From Eledone cirrhosa (lineage: Eukaryota), in contig OZ024743.1 of the NCBI GenBank assembly GCA_964016885.1, forward strand, positions 307,272,001-307,336,000: DNA of 64,000 nt, read 5' to 3'. A program made the translations under genes and the position numbers. Under the pieces are notes generated by a model. That model saw only the letters and a list, made by a program, of their open reading frames with translations. It did not search any database and was not told where the DNA came from. Positions 24,640 to 39,054 of the stretch are shown here, in pieces (within the stretch, counting starts at the first letter, position 1; every line of letters begins with the position of its first letter).

Positions 24640-25925
24640 TGTTGTGTGTCCATATCAGGTGGTGGTGTGTCTCTATGTGTCCATACCTGGTGGTGGTGGT
24701 GGTGTGTGTGTGTGTATGTGTCCATACCTGGTGGTGGTGGTGGTGTGTGTGTGTGTATGTGTCCATGTCTGGTGGTGGTGTGTGTGTGTGTATGTGTCCA
24801 TGTCTGGTGGTGGTGTGTGTGTGTGTATGTGTCCATGTCTGGTGGTGGTGTGTGTGTGTGTATGTGTCCATGTCTGGTGGTGGTGTGTGTGTGTGTATGT
24901 GTCCATGTCTGGTGGTGGTGTGTGTGTGTGTATGTGTCCATGACAGGTGGTGGTGTATGTGTCTATGTCTGGTGGTGGTGGTGTGTGTGTGTATGTGTCT
25001 ATGTCTGGTGGTGGTAGTGTGTGTGTGTGTATGTGTCTATGTCTGGTGGTGGTGGTGGTGTGTGTGTATGTGTCTATGTCTGGTGGTGGTGTGTGTGTGT
25101 GTGTATGTGTCTATGTCTGGTGGTGGTGGTGGTGTGTGTGTATGTGGCCATGTCTGGTGGTGGTGTGTGTGTGTGTGTATGTGTCCATGTCTGGTGGTGG
25201 TGGTGTGTGTGTGTATGTGTCTATGTCTGGTGGTGGTGGTGTGTGTGTGTGTATGTGTCTATGTCTGGTGGTGGTGGTGGTGTGTGTGTATGTGGCCATG
25301 TCTGGTGGTGGTGTGTGTGTGTGTGTATGTGTCTATGTCTGGTGGTGGTGGTGGTGTGTGTATGTGTCTATGTCTGGTGGTGGTGGTGGTGTGTGTGTAT
25401 GTGTCCATGTCTGGTGGTGGTGTGTGTGTGTGTATGTGTCTATGTCTGGTGGTGGTGGTGGTGGTGTGTGTGTATGTGTCCATGTCTGGTGGTGGTGTGT
25501 GTATGTGTCTATGTCTGGTGGTGGTGTGTGTATGTGTCTATGCCTGGTGGTGGTGGTGGTGTGTGTGTGTATGTGTCTATGTCTGGTGGTGGTGGTGTGT
25601 GTGTGTGTATGTGTCTATGTCTGGTGGTGGTGGTGTGTGTGTGTATGTGTCCATGACAGGTGGTGGTGGTGTGTGTGTGTGTATGTGTCTATGTCTGGTG
25701 GTGGTGGTGTGTGTGTGTGTATGTGTCTATGTCTGGTGGTGGTGGTGTGTGTGTGTATGTGTCCATGACAGGTGGTGGTGGTGTGTGTGTGTATATGTGT
25801 CTATGTCTGGTGGTGGTGGTGTGTGTGTGTGTGTATGTGTCTATGTCTGGTGGTGGTGGTGGTGTGTGTGTATGTGTCCATGACAGGTGGTGGTGGTGTG
25901 TGTGTGTATGTGTCCATGACAGGTG
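24640..25925. repeat. Compound minisatellite ATGTGTC(C/T)ATGTCT(GGT)n(GT)n
   Basis: Dozens of tandem units. Accounts for the Val/Cys/Trp-rich ORFs. Confidence 0.95.
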
Positions 25926-27734
25926 GAATTAGATTATTTGGTGTTGAATTGTCTAGGGTGGTGGATTGGCAGTATCGGTAGAGGGTCGGACGCCATGTTT
26001 TCCAGCATAGTTACGTCCCTTTACGATCTGAGTTCAAATCCCGCCGAGGTTGACTTTGCCTTTCATCCTTACGGGGTCGATAAAATAAAGTACCAGTAAT
26101 GCACTGGGTAATTGCTGGCCTTGTGCCTAAAGTAGAAACAATTATTTGGTGTTGAATTAAAGTTTTATGAAACTGTTGTATATCAGGCATTGAATTGGCA
26201 GAGTTGTTAGTGTTGGATTAAATACTTTATTGTTTATTCTGGCTCTCTACACTCTGAGTTCAAATTCTGCCTCCTGTCACCTGCAAAATGATGGCTGATA
26301 ATGTCAGCAATGAAAATACCAATGAAAACTTAGTTTCCTTGTTCTAACCCCACAATTAGTTCCTTTTTATTCATGTAAATTCCCAATGCGATTGTGATGA
26401 ATAGTTATAATCCTTCCATTTACTACAGGTTGGTAAATTATTAAACAGCATCATGATCTTTTAAACTTTTTAATAGATTGTTTTATTTATGGACAGATGT
26501 ACAGACATCCAATTATTAAAGTATGACCAAACTTTGCAGTTCTTTAGTTAGCAGTTCTTGAGCAACAATATCACTGATAGACAAAAGAAATATATGCTTT
26601 ACTTAATAACAAAACTAATAGCCAAATCTCCCTCAAATTACATCTTACAGTATTAAAATATGAAAAGACTCATTGGATAATGCAGCTCTAGATACAGTAT
26701 ATAATACACAACACTCATTTTAAAACTATTTTCTCTGTTGAAGCAGGGATCAAACTTGTGGGATCCGTAAGAGACTTATTTATATACATCAAGGGATCCT
26801 TTTTGTGTAAGTGTTTTATAGCCGGATGCTCTCCTGGGGTCAACCCTTTTAGTTGACATGCAGGAATACAATATACTTATTGTATACTGGGTACAAAAAG
26901 TTGTAGCTCTAGATACAGTATCTCCGGAAACAAATGAAGGGATGGTCATAATTTGAGCACCTTTATTTGTAGTTTTGCTCAGGCAGGGATATACTTAAAT
27001 TAGTCAATAAAAACAGTGATGGCATCAAAGACTGCAAGAAGATACATTCCCTCAATCATTTAGTCTTACATATAGCAAATTATTCATATAACAATTTTAT
27101 CACATGCACATATATATATATCATCACTGTCTAACATCGATTTCACCATGCTAGCATGGGTTAGATGAGCTGTCCCATTGTGAGACAAGCCAGGTCAGAT
27201 GATCATATCTTGCTCATTACAGAACTGATTTTGGCTTGGTTTCTACTGCAGGATGCCCTTCCTAACAGCAACCACATTTACAATGTGTACTGGGCATTTT
27301 TTGTCATGTCACCAACATGACCACTTTACAGTGTGGGCTAGGCACATTTTGTCATGACACCTACACAACCACTTTACAATGTGGGCTGGGCATTTTTTGT
27401 TGTGACACCTACACGACTACTTTACAGTGTGGACCACTTTACGTGTATATATATATATATAACCTCAATTATTTAGAGTTCATTAATACACTGTTCTTTA
27501 TGAATTTGATCCCTTAAATAGTTGTGTGATTAATAATTATGGTGTGTGAGTATGTTTTACCATATATAAGGTAGGCAAAAAAGATTTTTTTTTTAATCAC
27601 AAATGTAATTTTTTAATCCCTTGATGCCCTAAGCTTGTGTTTATGTTTTTTAATGGTCAATCCAACCCGGATTGTAAAATCAGGGTTGGATTGACCATTC
27701 TTAAGAAAACACAATTAGTGTGCCATATGGAAAA

Positions 27735-28276
27735 GCCAGGAGAGTAGTGAGCCAGAGAGTTGTGATGGCTAGGAGAGTTGTAGACCAGACAGTTATGATG
27801 GCTAGGAGTATTGTAGACCAGGCAGTTGGTGTAGCTAGGAGTGTAGTGGGCCAGACTTTTGTGATGGCTAGGAGTGTTAGAGACCAGAGAGTTGTGATGG
27901 CTAGGAGAGTTGTAGACCAGACAGTTGTGATGGCTAGGAGTGTTGGAGACCAGAGAGTAGTGATGGCTAGGAGTGCAGTGGGCCAGACAGTTGTGATGGC
28001 TAGGAGTGTTGGAGACCAGAGTGATGGCTAGGAGAGCAATGGGTCAGGCAGTTGTGATGGCTAGAAGTGTTGGAGACCAGACAGTTGTAATGGCTAGGAA
28101 AGTAGTGGGCCAGAAAGTTGTGATGTCTAGGAGTGCTGGAGACTAGAGAGTTGTGATGGCTAGGAGTGTTGGAGACTAGAGTTGTGATGGCTAGGAGTGT
28201 TGGAGACTAGAGTTGTGATGGCTAGGAGAGTAGTGGGTCAGACAATTGTGATGGTTAGGAGAGTTGTAGACCAGAC
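27735..28276. repeat. 33-bp minisatellite (GTTGTGATGGCTAGGAGTGTTGGAGACCAGACA-like)
   Basis: About 16 degenerate tandem units. Confidence 0.92.
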
Positions 28277-31200
28277 TAAATGTAATATAAATTTTAGTTC
28301 TTAGTTTGGAGATACAAATAAGTACAGGTCCAACAGTTTTATGGCCCCTTTCATTCCATATCCTTGCCAGATTGTCGATTTTGTTGGACTATATAATATG
28401 AAGTCAGAAACAGTCTCTATCTATAATAATATAAAGGTACAAATATTTAGAATTAACCCTTTAGTTACCAAACCAGCTCTGGTTCTATGAAACAAAACCA
28501 CCCATTTTAAAGGTTTCCAATTTAAATTAAAGTTTCCCAACATAATTTTATATAAGAATTGTACATTGAGTTATTATATTAGTAATGAAATAGTTAATAA
28601 TTTTAGTAAATCCCTCAAAATTCTTCATCAATTAATTGAAATAGAGTGTATTTTAATAAAAATGCAGTCATGAAAGAGCTAAATCTAATGTCATGTGGTA
28701 ACCTCTGCCAGGAGTTGCAACCGGTAGATAGTATCAACAATTGAAAAGACTAATGGAAACATTGTTTCTTTGGTTCGATTTGATGAGTTCCACCGCACTC
28801 GGTAAACAAATGAGATCTGGGGTCTTGTCATTTCATATCATATATATATATATATATTAACTTTTTAACAGGAATTAACTAGTCTGGCAGTTGCAGGAAA
28901 TTTGATTGTACACTCATACCTATATCTGGATAAAAAGAGTTACACTACCATCAATTGGTGGGAAATTGGTGTTATACCTGTATTAGATGTATATTAGTGT
29001 TAATTCAATAAATTAGGCAATCTCTACAAAATAAAGAAAACATGGGTCCTTGTACCTATATAAAAAGTTGATTTTCTTGTGTTAAATTTGTGTTGATAGA
29101 AGTGCTGTAGATTAGTGGATCGGTAGATTGTCAAGAGGATGATTTGAAGTATTTATTCTAGCGCTTTATGTTTTAGGTTCAAACCCCACCAAGGATAACT
29201 TTGTTTTATCCTTCTGAGAATCAATAAAATGAAGTACCAGTTCTGTTCTGGGGGTCAGTTTAATCAACTTTCTCCCTCCCTTAATCTCCAGACTTTGTAC
29301 CTAAATTAGAAAAAATAATATTTATGCTGATGTTGTCTTATTTTTTATTATTGAATAACAAATATTAATTTGTTACCACTTGTTTATGTTGTGTTTGTGT
29401 GTGATATAGACTTTTATTCTTTATGTCTTGGTAATTTAGTACTGATTATATTCTGGTATAAGTAGTAAATAGATAGTAAAGAAGATTGATATGACCTCTT
29501 AACATGAAACCACATTAGCAAAATATTCTTGAAAAGTACAAAACAGCACTATGACTGATATTATACACTTTTGAATTAACAAACTAATTTTTAGATATTT
29601 TTTGCTAAATCATAACAAAGTGTTCAATAGTTAATTATTGATTTTTATAGTAGATAAGTATCTAAACAGTTGAAACAAAAGCTGCAATCTTTAATCATCC
29701 AATACCAGAACAAAACAAAGACAATATTTTATTATGCATTCTTGTCTTAATAATCTTGTCTTTTAATCTGTAAAAGAGAAAAAATTAAATATGTTGCAGA
29801 ATCGAATTAAATGTATAGATAAAAATAAATTTTGTTTAAACTTCTTTTTTTCTGAATATTTTCACTTTTTTCATATATATTTTTCTTCATTGTCATCATC
29901 ATGAATTTTATGTTTGGTTTTCATGGGGTGTCTCTGATATGGCTATCGTAGGATAGTCTTGCAGAAGAGGTTGGATCTAGTGGAATAAGATTCAATAAAA
30001 ATCTTGCTTGTCTCACAGTAAGCAGTAGCTCATTCAATGATCATCAGTTTAATTAGATGACCTCGGCGTCGCAAACACCAGTGGCTTCACAGATCGAGTA
30101 TTAATTTGATAATGGATTGGCACAACTGTTCCAGTTAATAAAGAAATCTATGAGTATACAGATGTGGTGAACCACATATATTCTAGGTGTTAGAAAAAGT
30201 AAAGTAAATGCTTCACCTTCGAAGAAGATATTAACAATAATGTTCTGTTGGGTTAAGATCATGGATTAGCAGAATCAGTAGAGCATTGAACAAAATGTTT
30301 TGCAGCATTTAGTTACGGCTCTTTACATTCTAATTTTTGAATCCCACCAAGATCAACTTTGCCTTTCCTCCTTCCAGGGTCAATAAAGTACCAGTCATGA
30401 ACTTGGATCAATGTAATCGACTTTCCCTTCCCCTCAAATTGTTGTTCTTGTGCCTAAATTAGAAACCATTCTTACTCTATTGATTGTCATAACTCCTGTC
30501 ATATTGCTGTAAACTGGGTCTTTTGGATTCTCTAACTATATCACTAAACATCTGTTAATTCCTTTTCAAGCCTTCATTTAAATGCAGTTAATAAAACAAT
30601 TTTTTTACCAAAATACCTAAGTGTAAATTGGTCAAACATTTCATGACATTTCTTCTTGATTATATTAATGATTTGTCTTAGATTAAAAATATATGTTTAT
30701 AAACTTTAAGCCCTAATAAATTTATAAACTCTAAACAGGAAATCCCAGTGGCAGGAAGCTCCAGCACTGTGTATTTGAGTTCAAATCTTGCCTCATTCTG
30801 CCAAGAGTTTGTGACCAGTAGATAGTTCAAGAAATAGACCAATGGAAACATTGGTTCGTCTGATGATACACTTCTTTCTTTCTTTCTAATTCCACGATGC
30901 TTTGCTTTCCAATGCATTTGTTACTTTAGTCACTATTTTCTTCATGAGGAATATCTATCAATCAGTGATCAATAACTCTTCAAAACTCATCCCCCCACCT
31001 CCCATCCCTTAAGTGGTCCACTCATAACTGGCAAAGAACACAGCCAACAATACTCAGGGAAATTACATACTTATACAAACTGGATATTTTTTAATCAATA
31101 TCACCTCTACACCCCCTTCAGACATAACTATCCCTGGATTCTCACCTGAAAAGTTATTTTCCAAGGTGCAGGTCTAGACAAGGTGTTTTGTAGAAGACCA

Positions 31201-32199
31201 GTAATCACCCATGCATACCAGTCTTTCCTCTCTGCACCACTGATCTTCATCATCAATGTTTAACATCTATTTTCCATGCCGGCATAGGTTACCTGGATCA
31301 TCATGTTTTGAGGCTAGGCAGGTCTTGCTCTTACATTTCATTTTTGGCTTGATTTCTAATGCCAACCACTTTACATTGTGTACTGAAAGCATGGTTTCTA
31401 CTGCTGGATGCCCTTCCTAATGCCAACCACTTTACTGAGTGTACTGAAAAGATATAGGGTGGACTTGGTGCTTTTGACATGGCATGAACACTACTGCCTT
31501 ACAGTGTAGGATGCATATTTTTGTTTGTGGAACCAGTATGATCATTTTATTGAGTGAAGTGGGTATATTTTTATCATGGTTATATCTTAATCTAGTATTA
31601 TACTAGGAGGTGTGTCTGGCTGACATGGATTGGTCAAGGGAGTGTATCACATATGTGAGTGGGAATTGTGGGTGGAGGGGGGGGGGTATGTTTCTTTCAT
31701 GTTATCCAAGAGAAAAGTAAAGGCTAATAAGGCTTAGCTCTACTATCACCACAACTCATTTTTTCTAGCTGAGTGAACTGGAGAATTGTGAAATAAAGTG
31801 TTTTTCTCTGACAACATTTTGCCCAATCCAGGAATCGAACACATAACCTTACCATCTTGAGCCCAACACCTTAACCACTAAGCTACATCCATTCACAACA
31901 ACCTCTAGAGGATTATTACATGAAAGATGCTGTTATTTCTAGGTTATAACGACATAGAAATAATTGAGCAGTATCTTGTAAAAAAAACACACTATTAAAG
32001 GGAACAGAAAAGGAAATAAAAAGAAAAAAGGATCAAGCTACAAAAGAAAGGAAGAGGGGGAAGACATACACTATACCCCAGTCTGAGCAGAGCCTCAGCC
32101 ACACCCCACAGACAAAATGGCAAAGGCATTACTGTGGAGAATGGCCAGAGACACCCACTGCAACAGCCACCCCACCTCACAGGGCTCCTTCCTCAATAG

Positions 32200-35100
32200 C
32201 TATGACTAGGAGGGTGTAGAAATGCTTGAACGTAAGGAGGTCGATGTTTGTTGTATTCAAGAGACCAGGTGGAGGGGTGGATCTGCTAGATACATTGTGG
32301 GTAGAAAACGATGCTATAAGCTTTTCTGGGTGGGAAACGACAATGGGCTGGGTGGAGTAGGAATCATGGTAGCAGAAAAGTGGGCAGATAAGATAATAGA
32401 CGTAAATAGAGTGAACGACAGAATAATTAAAATAAGACTTGTCCTCAATAGAACTACGGTGACAGTAATATCCGCGTACGCACCCCAATCCGGACTGCCC
32501 AGCACTATAAAAGACAGATTCTATGAGACACTGATGCTCACTACCTCCCAAATAACCGACAGTGACTATATAATTATTGCAGGCGACCTAAACGGTCACG
32601 TTGGACAAGATTGTGACGGCTACGACGAAATCCATGGAGGCTATGGGTTTGGTACTAGAAATGAGGAAGGCTCCAGAATCCTGGAATTCTGCGACGCAAA
32701 TAACCTAACTATCTGCAACACTAACTTCAAAAAACGTGACAATCACTTGATCACCTACAGATCAGGGGAACATACTAGCCAGGTAGATTATATCCTTACC
32801 AGAAGACGTGACAAAGTGACTGTTGTAAACACTAAATCCCTCCCCCATGAAGAATGCACTTCCCAACATAGACTGATAATTAGCGACCTAATAGTCAGGA
32901 CGAGACGTACTAGACAACAGAAGAGGACTATCCTCAGGAGAAAAATATGGAAGCTAAAGGACCCCACAGCCAAAAATAAATTTCAAAGCATATTACTTGA
33001 TGCTTTCGACAGTGAGGAAGAGCAATTAGAGATGTACAAGGTAGAGGAACAGTGGGAATTCCTGAAAGCAAACCTGCTGACGGCGGCAGACGAAGTCTGT
33101 GGCTGGAGCAGGCCTGTAGGCAGGAGGAGAGTAACATGGTGGTGGAACAGTAAGGTGGAGGGGTCAATTAAGGCCAAAAAGCAGGCTTGGAAAGTATGGG
33201 GGAAGCAGAGAAGACTATCAAGTGGCCAGCAGGGAAGCTAGGAGACAAGTGTACTTCGCAAGAAGGGAAGCAGAGGAAAGAAAGTTCAAGCATGTTCTAC
33301 AACGTGAGGACCAAAAACGTGAGGTGTTCAGGATTGCTAGGCAATGTGTCAAGGAAAGCAGTGATATTGTCGGGGAGAAGTGTGTACTTAACGATGACGG
33401 CATACTTGCCATCACCGACGCCGATAAGAAGGTAGCTTGGAAGTGTCACTATGAAAGGCTACTAAATGAGGAGAATAAATGGGAGAAAGACAGTCTCCCC
33501 CACATCGACCCAATAGAGGGACCAGCAGTGTTAGTCTAGGGTAGTATAATAAGTAAGGCAATCAAAGATATGAAGACAGGCAAGACGGCTGGGCCTTCGG
33601 AAATAGTTGCCGAGATGCTGAAGGCATCTGGTACGGTGGGACACACCATGGTCACCCGGATAGTCAACCAAGTCATACAGAATGGGGTTGTTCCGAAGGA
33701 CTGGCGCAGCAGCATTATCGTTAACTGTTATAAGGGTAAAGGAGATGCCCTAGATAGGAGTAACTATAGAGGCATTAAATTAATCGACCAGGTTATGAAG
33801 GTCACGGAAAAAGTTATAGCGCAACTAATCAGAGAGCGAATTGATCTAGATGAAATGCAGTTCGGGTTTGTGTCAGGAAAAAGTACCACAGACGCTCTTT
33901 TCATTGTACGACAACTACAGAAGTACCTAGCTAAAAGTAAACCCCTATACTTAGCTTTCGTCGACTTGGAGAAGGCCTTCGACAGAGTCCCCCGTTCCAT
34001 TATCTGGTGTGCTCTTAGAAAACTAGGTGTTGATGAATGGCTTGTGAGAGCTATACAAGCCATGTATAAAGAAACAGTCAGCAAGGTTAGAATTAACAAC
34101 GAATATAGTGAAGAGTTTAGTGTAAAAGTTGGTGTTCATCAGGGCTCTGTTCTTAGCCCCCTACTATTTATTATTGCCCTCCAGGCTATAACAGTGGAGT
34201 TCAAGACCGGCTGCCCATGGGAACTCCTATACGCAGATGATCTAACGCTCATAGCTGAATCAATGGCCGAGCTAGAGAAGAAATTCCAAACATGGAAGCA
34301 CGGCCTAGAATCAAAAGGCCTTAAAATTAACCTGGCTAAGACTAAAGTTCTAGTTTGTAAGAAAGAAAATAAGGCGGCGGTCCCCTCCGGGAAGTGGCCA
34401 TGCGCAGAGTGTAGGAATGGCATAGGTAGAAATTCCATTTTGTGTCCCAAATGCAAAGTTTGGGTGCATAAAAGATGTAGTGGGATCACAGGTAAGCTAA
34501 CTAAGAACATAGATTTTACATGTGGCCGGTGTTCTGGGGAAATAAGTAGCAGCAAGTGCCCACAAAATACTAGCTCTTTCAACTGCGCAGAGGGTTCTAT
34601 AGAAATAGTGGACAGCTTCCGTTACCTGGGTGACAAAATCAGCAGTGGGGGAGGGTGCTCTGAAAGTACAGTAGCTAGAGTCAGAACTGGGTGGAAAAAG
34701 TTCAGAGAGCTTATACCACTATTAGCCGCTAAAGGGTTCTCCCTAAAAATGAAAGGCAGGCTGTACGATGCCTGCATACGAACAGCAATGTTGCATGGCA
34801 GTGAGACCTTGGCATTGTGTGCAGAGGATATACGCAGACTAGAGAGAAACGAAGCTTGCATGCTCCGCTGGATGTGTAATAGTAATATACGTGAACGACA
34901 AAGCATAAACGAACTAAGGAAAAAATTAGAAATAAGAGGGATCAGATGTTGTTTACTAGAGAGAAGGCTACGTTGGTATGGTCACGTGATGCGCATGAAG
35001 GAAGATAGCTGTATAACAAAGTGCAGGGCAATAAAGATAGACGGTAGCCACGGAATAGGCAGACCCAGAAAAACCTGGGACGAGCTGATAAACTCCGACC

Positions 35101-35572
35101 TTACACCTCACCAAGACAATGTCACTGGACCGAGACCTTTGGCGGTACTCAGTAATAGAGCAGACCCGCCTTACCTAAATACAAAGTAAAACCTACTACA
35201 GTCAGTAGGCATCTCTAACAAAATACACCCCCGTCCCACCAACCCCACCCCATCAACACCGCCCCCTTCTATGTAAAGTTATGTTGGTGACACACCATCC
35301 AGGCCGAAACAAATGAGATCGTGTAGGTGTCACGACAAAAAAACACACAGTCCACGCTGTAATGTGGCCATGTAGGCAACACGGTAAAAAGCTCCCAGAC
35401 CCACACTGTAAATGTGGTTGGTGTTAGGAAGGGCATCCAACTGTAGAAAACCTGCCAGACAGTCCTATGCGAGCAAGACAATCACTCTTGCCTCAAGTGG
35501 GAATACCCCCGTCCAAACCCATGCAAGCGTGGAACACGGACGTTAAACGTTGATGATGATGATGATGATGAT
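32200..35572 (+). mobile_element. RTE LINE, nearly full-length with frameshift and stop
   Basis: ORF pieces 32222-33241, 33222-33539 and 33570-35189 cover APE (CIQETRW) through RT and the C-terminus; GAT tail. Sequence from about 32000 may be 5' UTR. Confidence 0.95.
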
Positions 35573-35596
35573 TTCTCATCATCATTATCATTTAAA

Positions 35597-35990
35597 AGGG
35601 CGGTGAATTGGCAGTATTGGCAGAGGGTCGGACGCCATGCTTTGATGCATAGAGTTACGCCCCTTGCCATTCTGAGTTCAAATCCCGCCGAGGTTAACTT
35701 AGCCTTTCATCCTTACGGGGTTGATAAAATAAGGTACCAGTAATGCACTGGATAATTGGTGGCCTTGTGCCAATAGTAGAAACAATTATCATTTAAAAGG
35801 GCGGTGAATTGGCAGTATTGGTAGAGGGTTGGATGCCATGCTTTCTAGCATAGTTATGTCCCTTTACGGTCTGAGTTCAAATCCTGCCAAGGTTAACTTT
35901 GTCTTTCATCCTTACAGGGGTGATTAAATAAGGTACCAGTAATGCACTGGGTAATTGCTGGCCTTGTGTCTAAAGTAGAAACAATTATCA
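35597..35990 (+). mobile_element. Tandem pair of SINE family B (MetaSINE-like central domain)
   Basis: Two ~200-bp units GGGCGGTGAATTGGCAG...GAGTTCAAATCC...GCCTTTCATCCTT..GGGGTCGATAAAAT.AGTACCAG...AGTAGAAACAATTAT. Other copies at about 3468, 25955, 42895 and 61650 (+) and about 16980 (-). Confidence 0.72.
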
Positions 35991-36689
35991 TTTAATACCT
36001 GTTTTTTCCATGTTGGCATGAGTTGAACAGATCCTCACAGACAAAATCAGTACTTAATTGAAGTTGCTGTACTCTCATACAGGGACACCTCATTTAAATA
36101 TTTTCTGGTTTTTGCATGGTTTCTACAGCTGGATGCCTTTACAGAGAGTACTGGGTGCTTTTTATCATGGCACAGCACCAACACTAGGGAGGTTGTTTGT
36201 ATCATTGACACAAGTGAAGAGTCTTTCAACCCTTTGTTTAGCACACAATAAACAACCAAACAAAAAACAATGTTTATCAACCATTTTATTATTCAAAACC
36301 AAAAACAAAATACAAAAATATATAAAATAAAATATAATAAAAATTGTGTAAAATATAAAAATTGTAAAAGAAAGATATAAAAAAAACCATTGTTGGTTTT
36401 GGCAATGTGGCAATGCGTGTTCCAATTATTTGATGAATGGAACAGCTTAGATGTTTAATTAGCATGTAAGTGGCCAAATATGACACATACATGAGTACCC
36501 TTATAATTCTCAGAGAAAATCGGCATGACTTGGTGTGACAAATCTGGTACTTTGACTTACAGGTACAATCCATTTGACATTCTTTCAAACAAATTTGAAA
36601 ATGTTGATATCCAAACATAGAGTCGCTACAATGATAATGATAATAGTGTTAGAAAATAAGTGGCCAACAACCACTACAGAGACTGTGTT

Positions 36690-37290
36690 TGGATTTCTTC
36701 TTCTTTGCCCACTTATTCCTGAAAGAGTTGTTGGGGCAAAGTCCTCAAACACTCCTTCCAGCAAGTCCTGTCAGAAGCAAATATCTCCAACTGATCCGGC
36801 TGGATCCCCAAGCGAGATCAGCCAGGCTCATGGATGTTATTCAACCATCTTGCTCGGGGTCTACCCTTGAGTCTCCTGCCAGTTGATTTTGCCTGTAAAA
36901 TCTGTACAGTGATTCTTTCCTGAGACATTCTAACCACATGCCCATAGTATCGAAGCTGTGATCTCTCAATTCGGAGAAATAATGGCTCTATCTAGTGTGA
37001 CTCTCTGATCTCCAAGCTATGCACTTTATCGAGTAATGTTACTCCAAAGATCCTTTGGTGGAATCCCATTTTGGCCCCTTGTATTCACAAACATATTCTT
37101 TTGGTCATTACACAAGATCCATGACTATAGGTAAGGGTTGGCATGAAAATCAAATTGAAGATAGCAAGTTTGGATTTTACGCCTACCTCCCTTCTGATTA
37201 CTGAATGCTGAAGCTGGCACATTACTGCACCAGCTTTTGCAATTCTTGCATTTAATTCAGTCTCCTGCCTTCCATCACCCCTGAACACGG
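36690..37290 (-). mobile_element. Rex3/Expander-like RTE 3' fragment
   Basis: ELNARIAKAGAVMCQL...LAIFNLIFMPTLTYSH. Tail ...ATAAGTGGGC-AAAGAAGAAG on -. Confidence 0.7.
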
Positions 37291-37739
37291 CCCGAGATTT
37301 GGATTTCAACATTTTCAAATTTCAAATCCTCCATGCACCTTGTATTGTAAGATTTGTTTAATTCCAGTTCTAGCCATTGAAGATATCCTATATAGTTCCT
37401 AATAGTGAACTATATATGATAGCTTTAGTTGATAGAATTCAAGAGATACAGAGGTTGTTTTTCTGTAGTGGTTGCTGCATACTTATTTTCTGACACTAAG
37501 GGTATACCTGATATTCTAACACTATTATCATTGGAGCAACTCTGTGTTGAGATATCGATATTTCAAACAATCCAAATAATTTTATAAATCATAAGATTTC
37601 TATCTGCCTAATATCTCTGCTATGCCTTTGTAAAATATATTTGTCCAAAATGCGGTGCAGCTAGATGGAACCTGTGACATCATCTTTATCAAGTGAACTT
37701 CTTAGTGATTCAGCCATACAAAAGTGTAAAAAAAAACTT

Positions 37740-37882
37740 TTAAAACAATTTCAAATTTACTTTCTGATCTCTGAAGTACTGAAACACTAAAATTATCAAC
37801 AACAGAAAGTTGAATAGTATAGAAACACCTTCAAATATGTAGAATGCCATGTCATAGTTCCCAGTTATATTAGCAAACACAC
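37740..37882 (-). CDS. SLC16-like last exon, TM12 (GVFANITGNYDMAFYIFEG...stop)
   Basis: tttcAG acceptor. TG.Y..AFY motif of SLC16 TM12. TAA at 37740-37742. Confidence 0.82.
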
Positions 37883-37983
37883 CTGAAATATACAAGAAAA
37901 ATGAAAGTAAATAAAGAAAAAATTCAAATGTATTCATTAATAAAATAAAAATGATATTTACATATTAAAGAATATATTGATTA

Positions 37984-38284
37984 AACTGACCAACACACCT
38001 TTTGCTGAGTTAGGTTTTGTTATTGTTTTAGCTAATTTTGAGGTGCTGATTTGAAATATGGCTTCCATTTTCCCCTAGCATCAAATTTTCATGTTTGTCT
38101 TTCGCTTGGCTATCCCATAAAATCAGGAAACACAGAGATTTTGTATACCCTCCTTGTTGGCCAAGTGAAAACTTGACATGATAGAAAAAAAGTAGTCATT
38201 TTAAAACTCAGTGGCTCCAAATTTCTCAAGAACAGGTCTCAAACTTAGATCAGCAGGAAAAAAGCAAAATATTGTTGACCAGTG
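37984..38284. mobile_element. Non-autonomous Chapaev3-like MITE in SLC16-like intron
   Basis: Right end TGTTGACCAGTG is the reverse complement of the 44070 terminus. Left end AACTGACCAACA. TTA on both flanks. Confidence 0.62.
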
Positions 38285-38658
38285 TTATTAATTGAATATT
38301 TATTGAAATTATTAAACTGACATTAAACTGATGATGACATAAAATGACATTGACCACAACGGTGATGATGATAATGATTAAGCTATAAGAAATAGACTAG
38401 ACAATGGAGTTAGGTACAGCATGTCCAAAATTTCATATTATTATCAGTATTATTAAAACTTTAACATTTCAATACTATTCACACCTGTCTTTAGTATCTT
38501 TGTATCTTGCCTCAGGTAAGTTGATATATACTAGGTGTTCTTTAGTTGTCCAGTGTGTTAATGTCCTGTCCTAGACCTTTCTGAAGGTGTGGTCTAGCCA
38601 ACAAAGTCAACAACATATCATTTCAAGTATTTTACCACTCACTAGTATTCTAAGCCAT

Positions 38659-39000
38659 GGAGGCACATGGTTTAGTGGTTAGAGCATTGGGCTTGCAATC
38701 GAAAGGTTGTGAGTTCAATTCTCAGACAGGGTAATGTGTTGTTTCATTGAGCAAGACACTTTATTTCACATTGCTCCAGTTTACTCAGCTGTAGAAATGA
38801 GATGATAGGGTCTGGGGTCCCTATCATTCCCCTGCAAAGTGGTCGTGGAGGTGCCACGGCAAAAAAGCACCCAGCACTCACTGTAAATGAGGTTGGTGTT
38901 AGGAAGGGCATCCAGCTGTAGAAATCAAGCCAGAATCAGTTCCCATCCCACCCTTGCAAGCAGGGAAAAGCAGACGTAAAATTATGATGATGATGATGAT
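38659..39000 (+). mobile_element. tRNA-derived SINE family A
   Basis: Near-identical to 6535-6880. Confidence 0.82.
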
Positions 39001-39054
39001 ATATTATGACAAATTTGTTGTTGTTGTTATAGTCCTGTCATACTACACCTTATA

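Noticed and set aside
24495-25981. Long Val/Cys/Trp- and His/Thr-rich ORFs (up to 462 aa)
   Set aside because: Translations of a GT/GGT minisatellite, open in many frames.
27720-28031. 11-aa-repeat ORF / repeats with variable parts
   Set aside because: Degenerate 33-bp minisatellite; the variable parts are variants of one another, the frame breaks, and there is no splice support.
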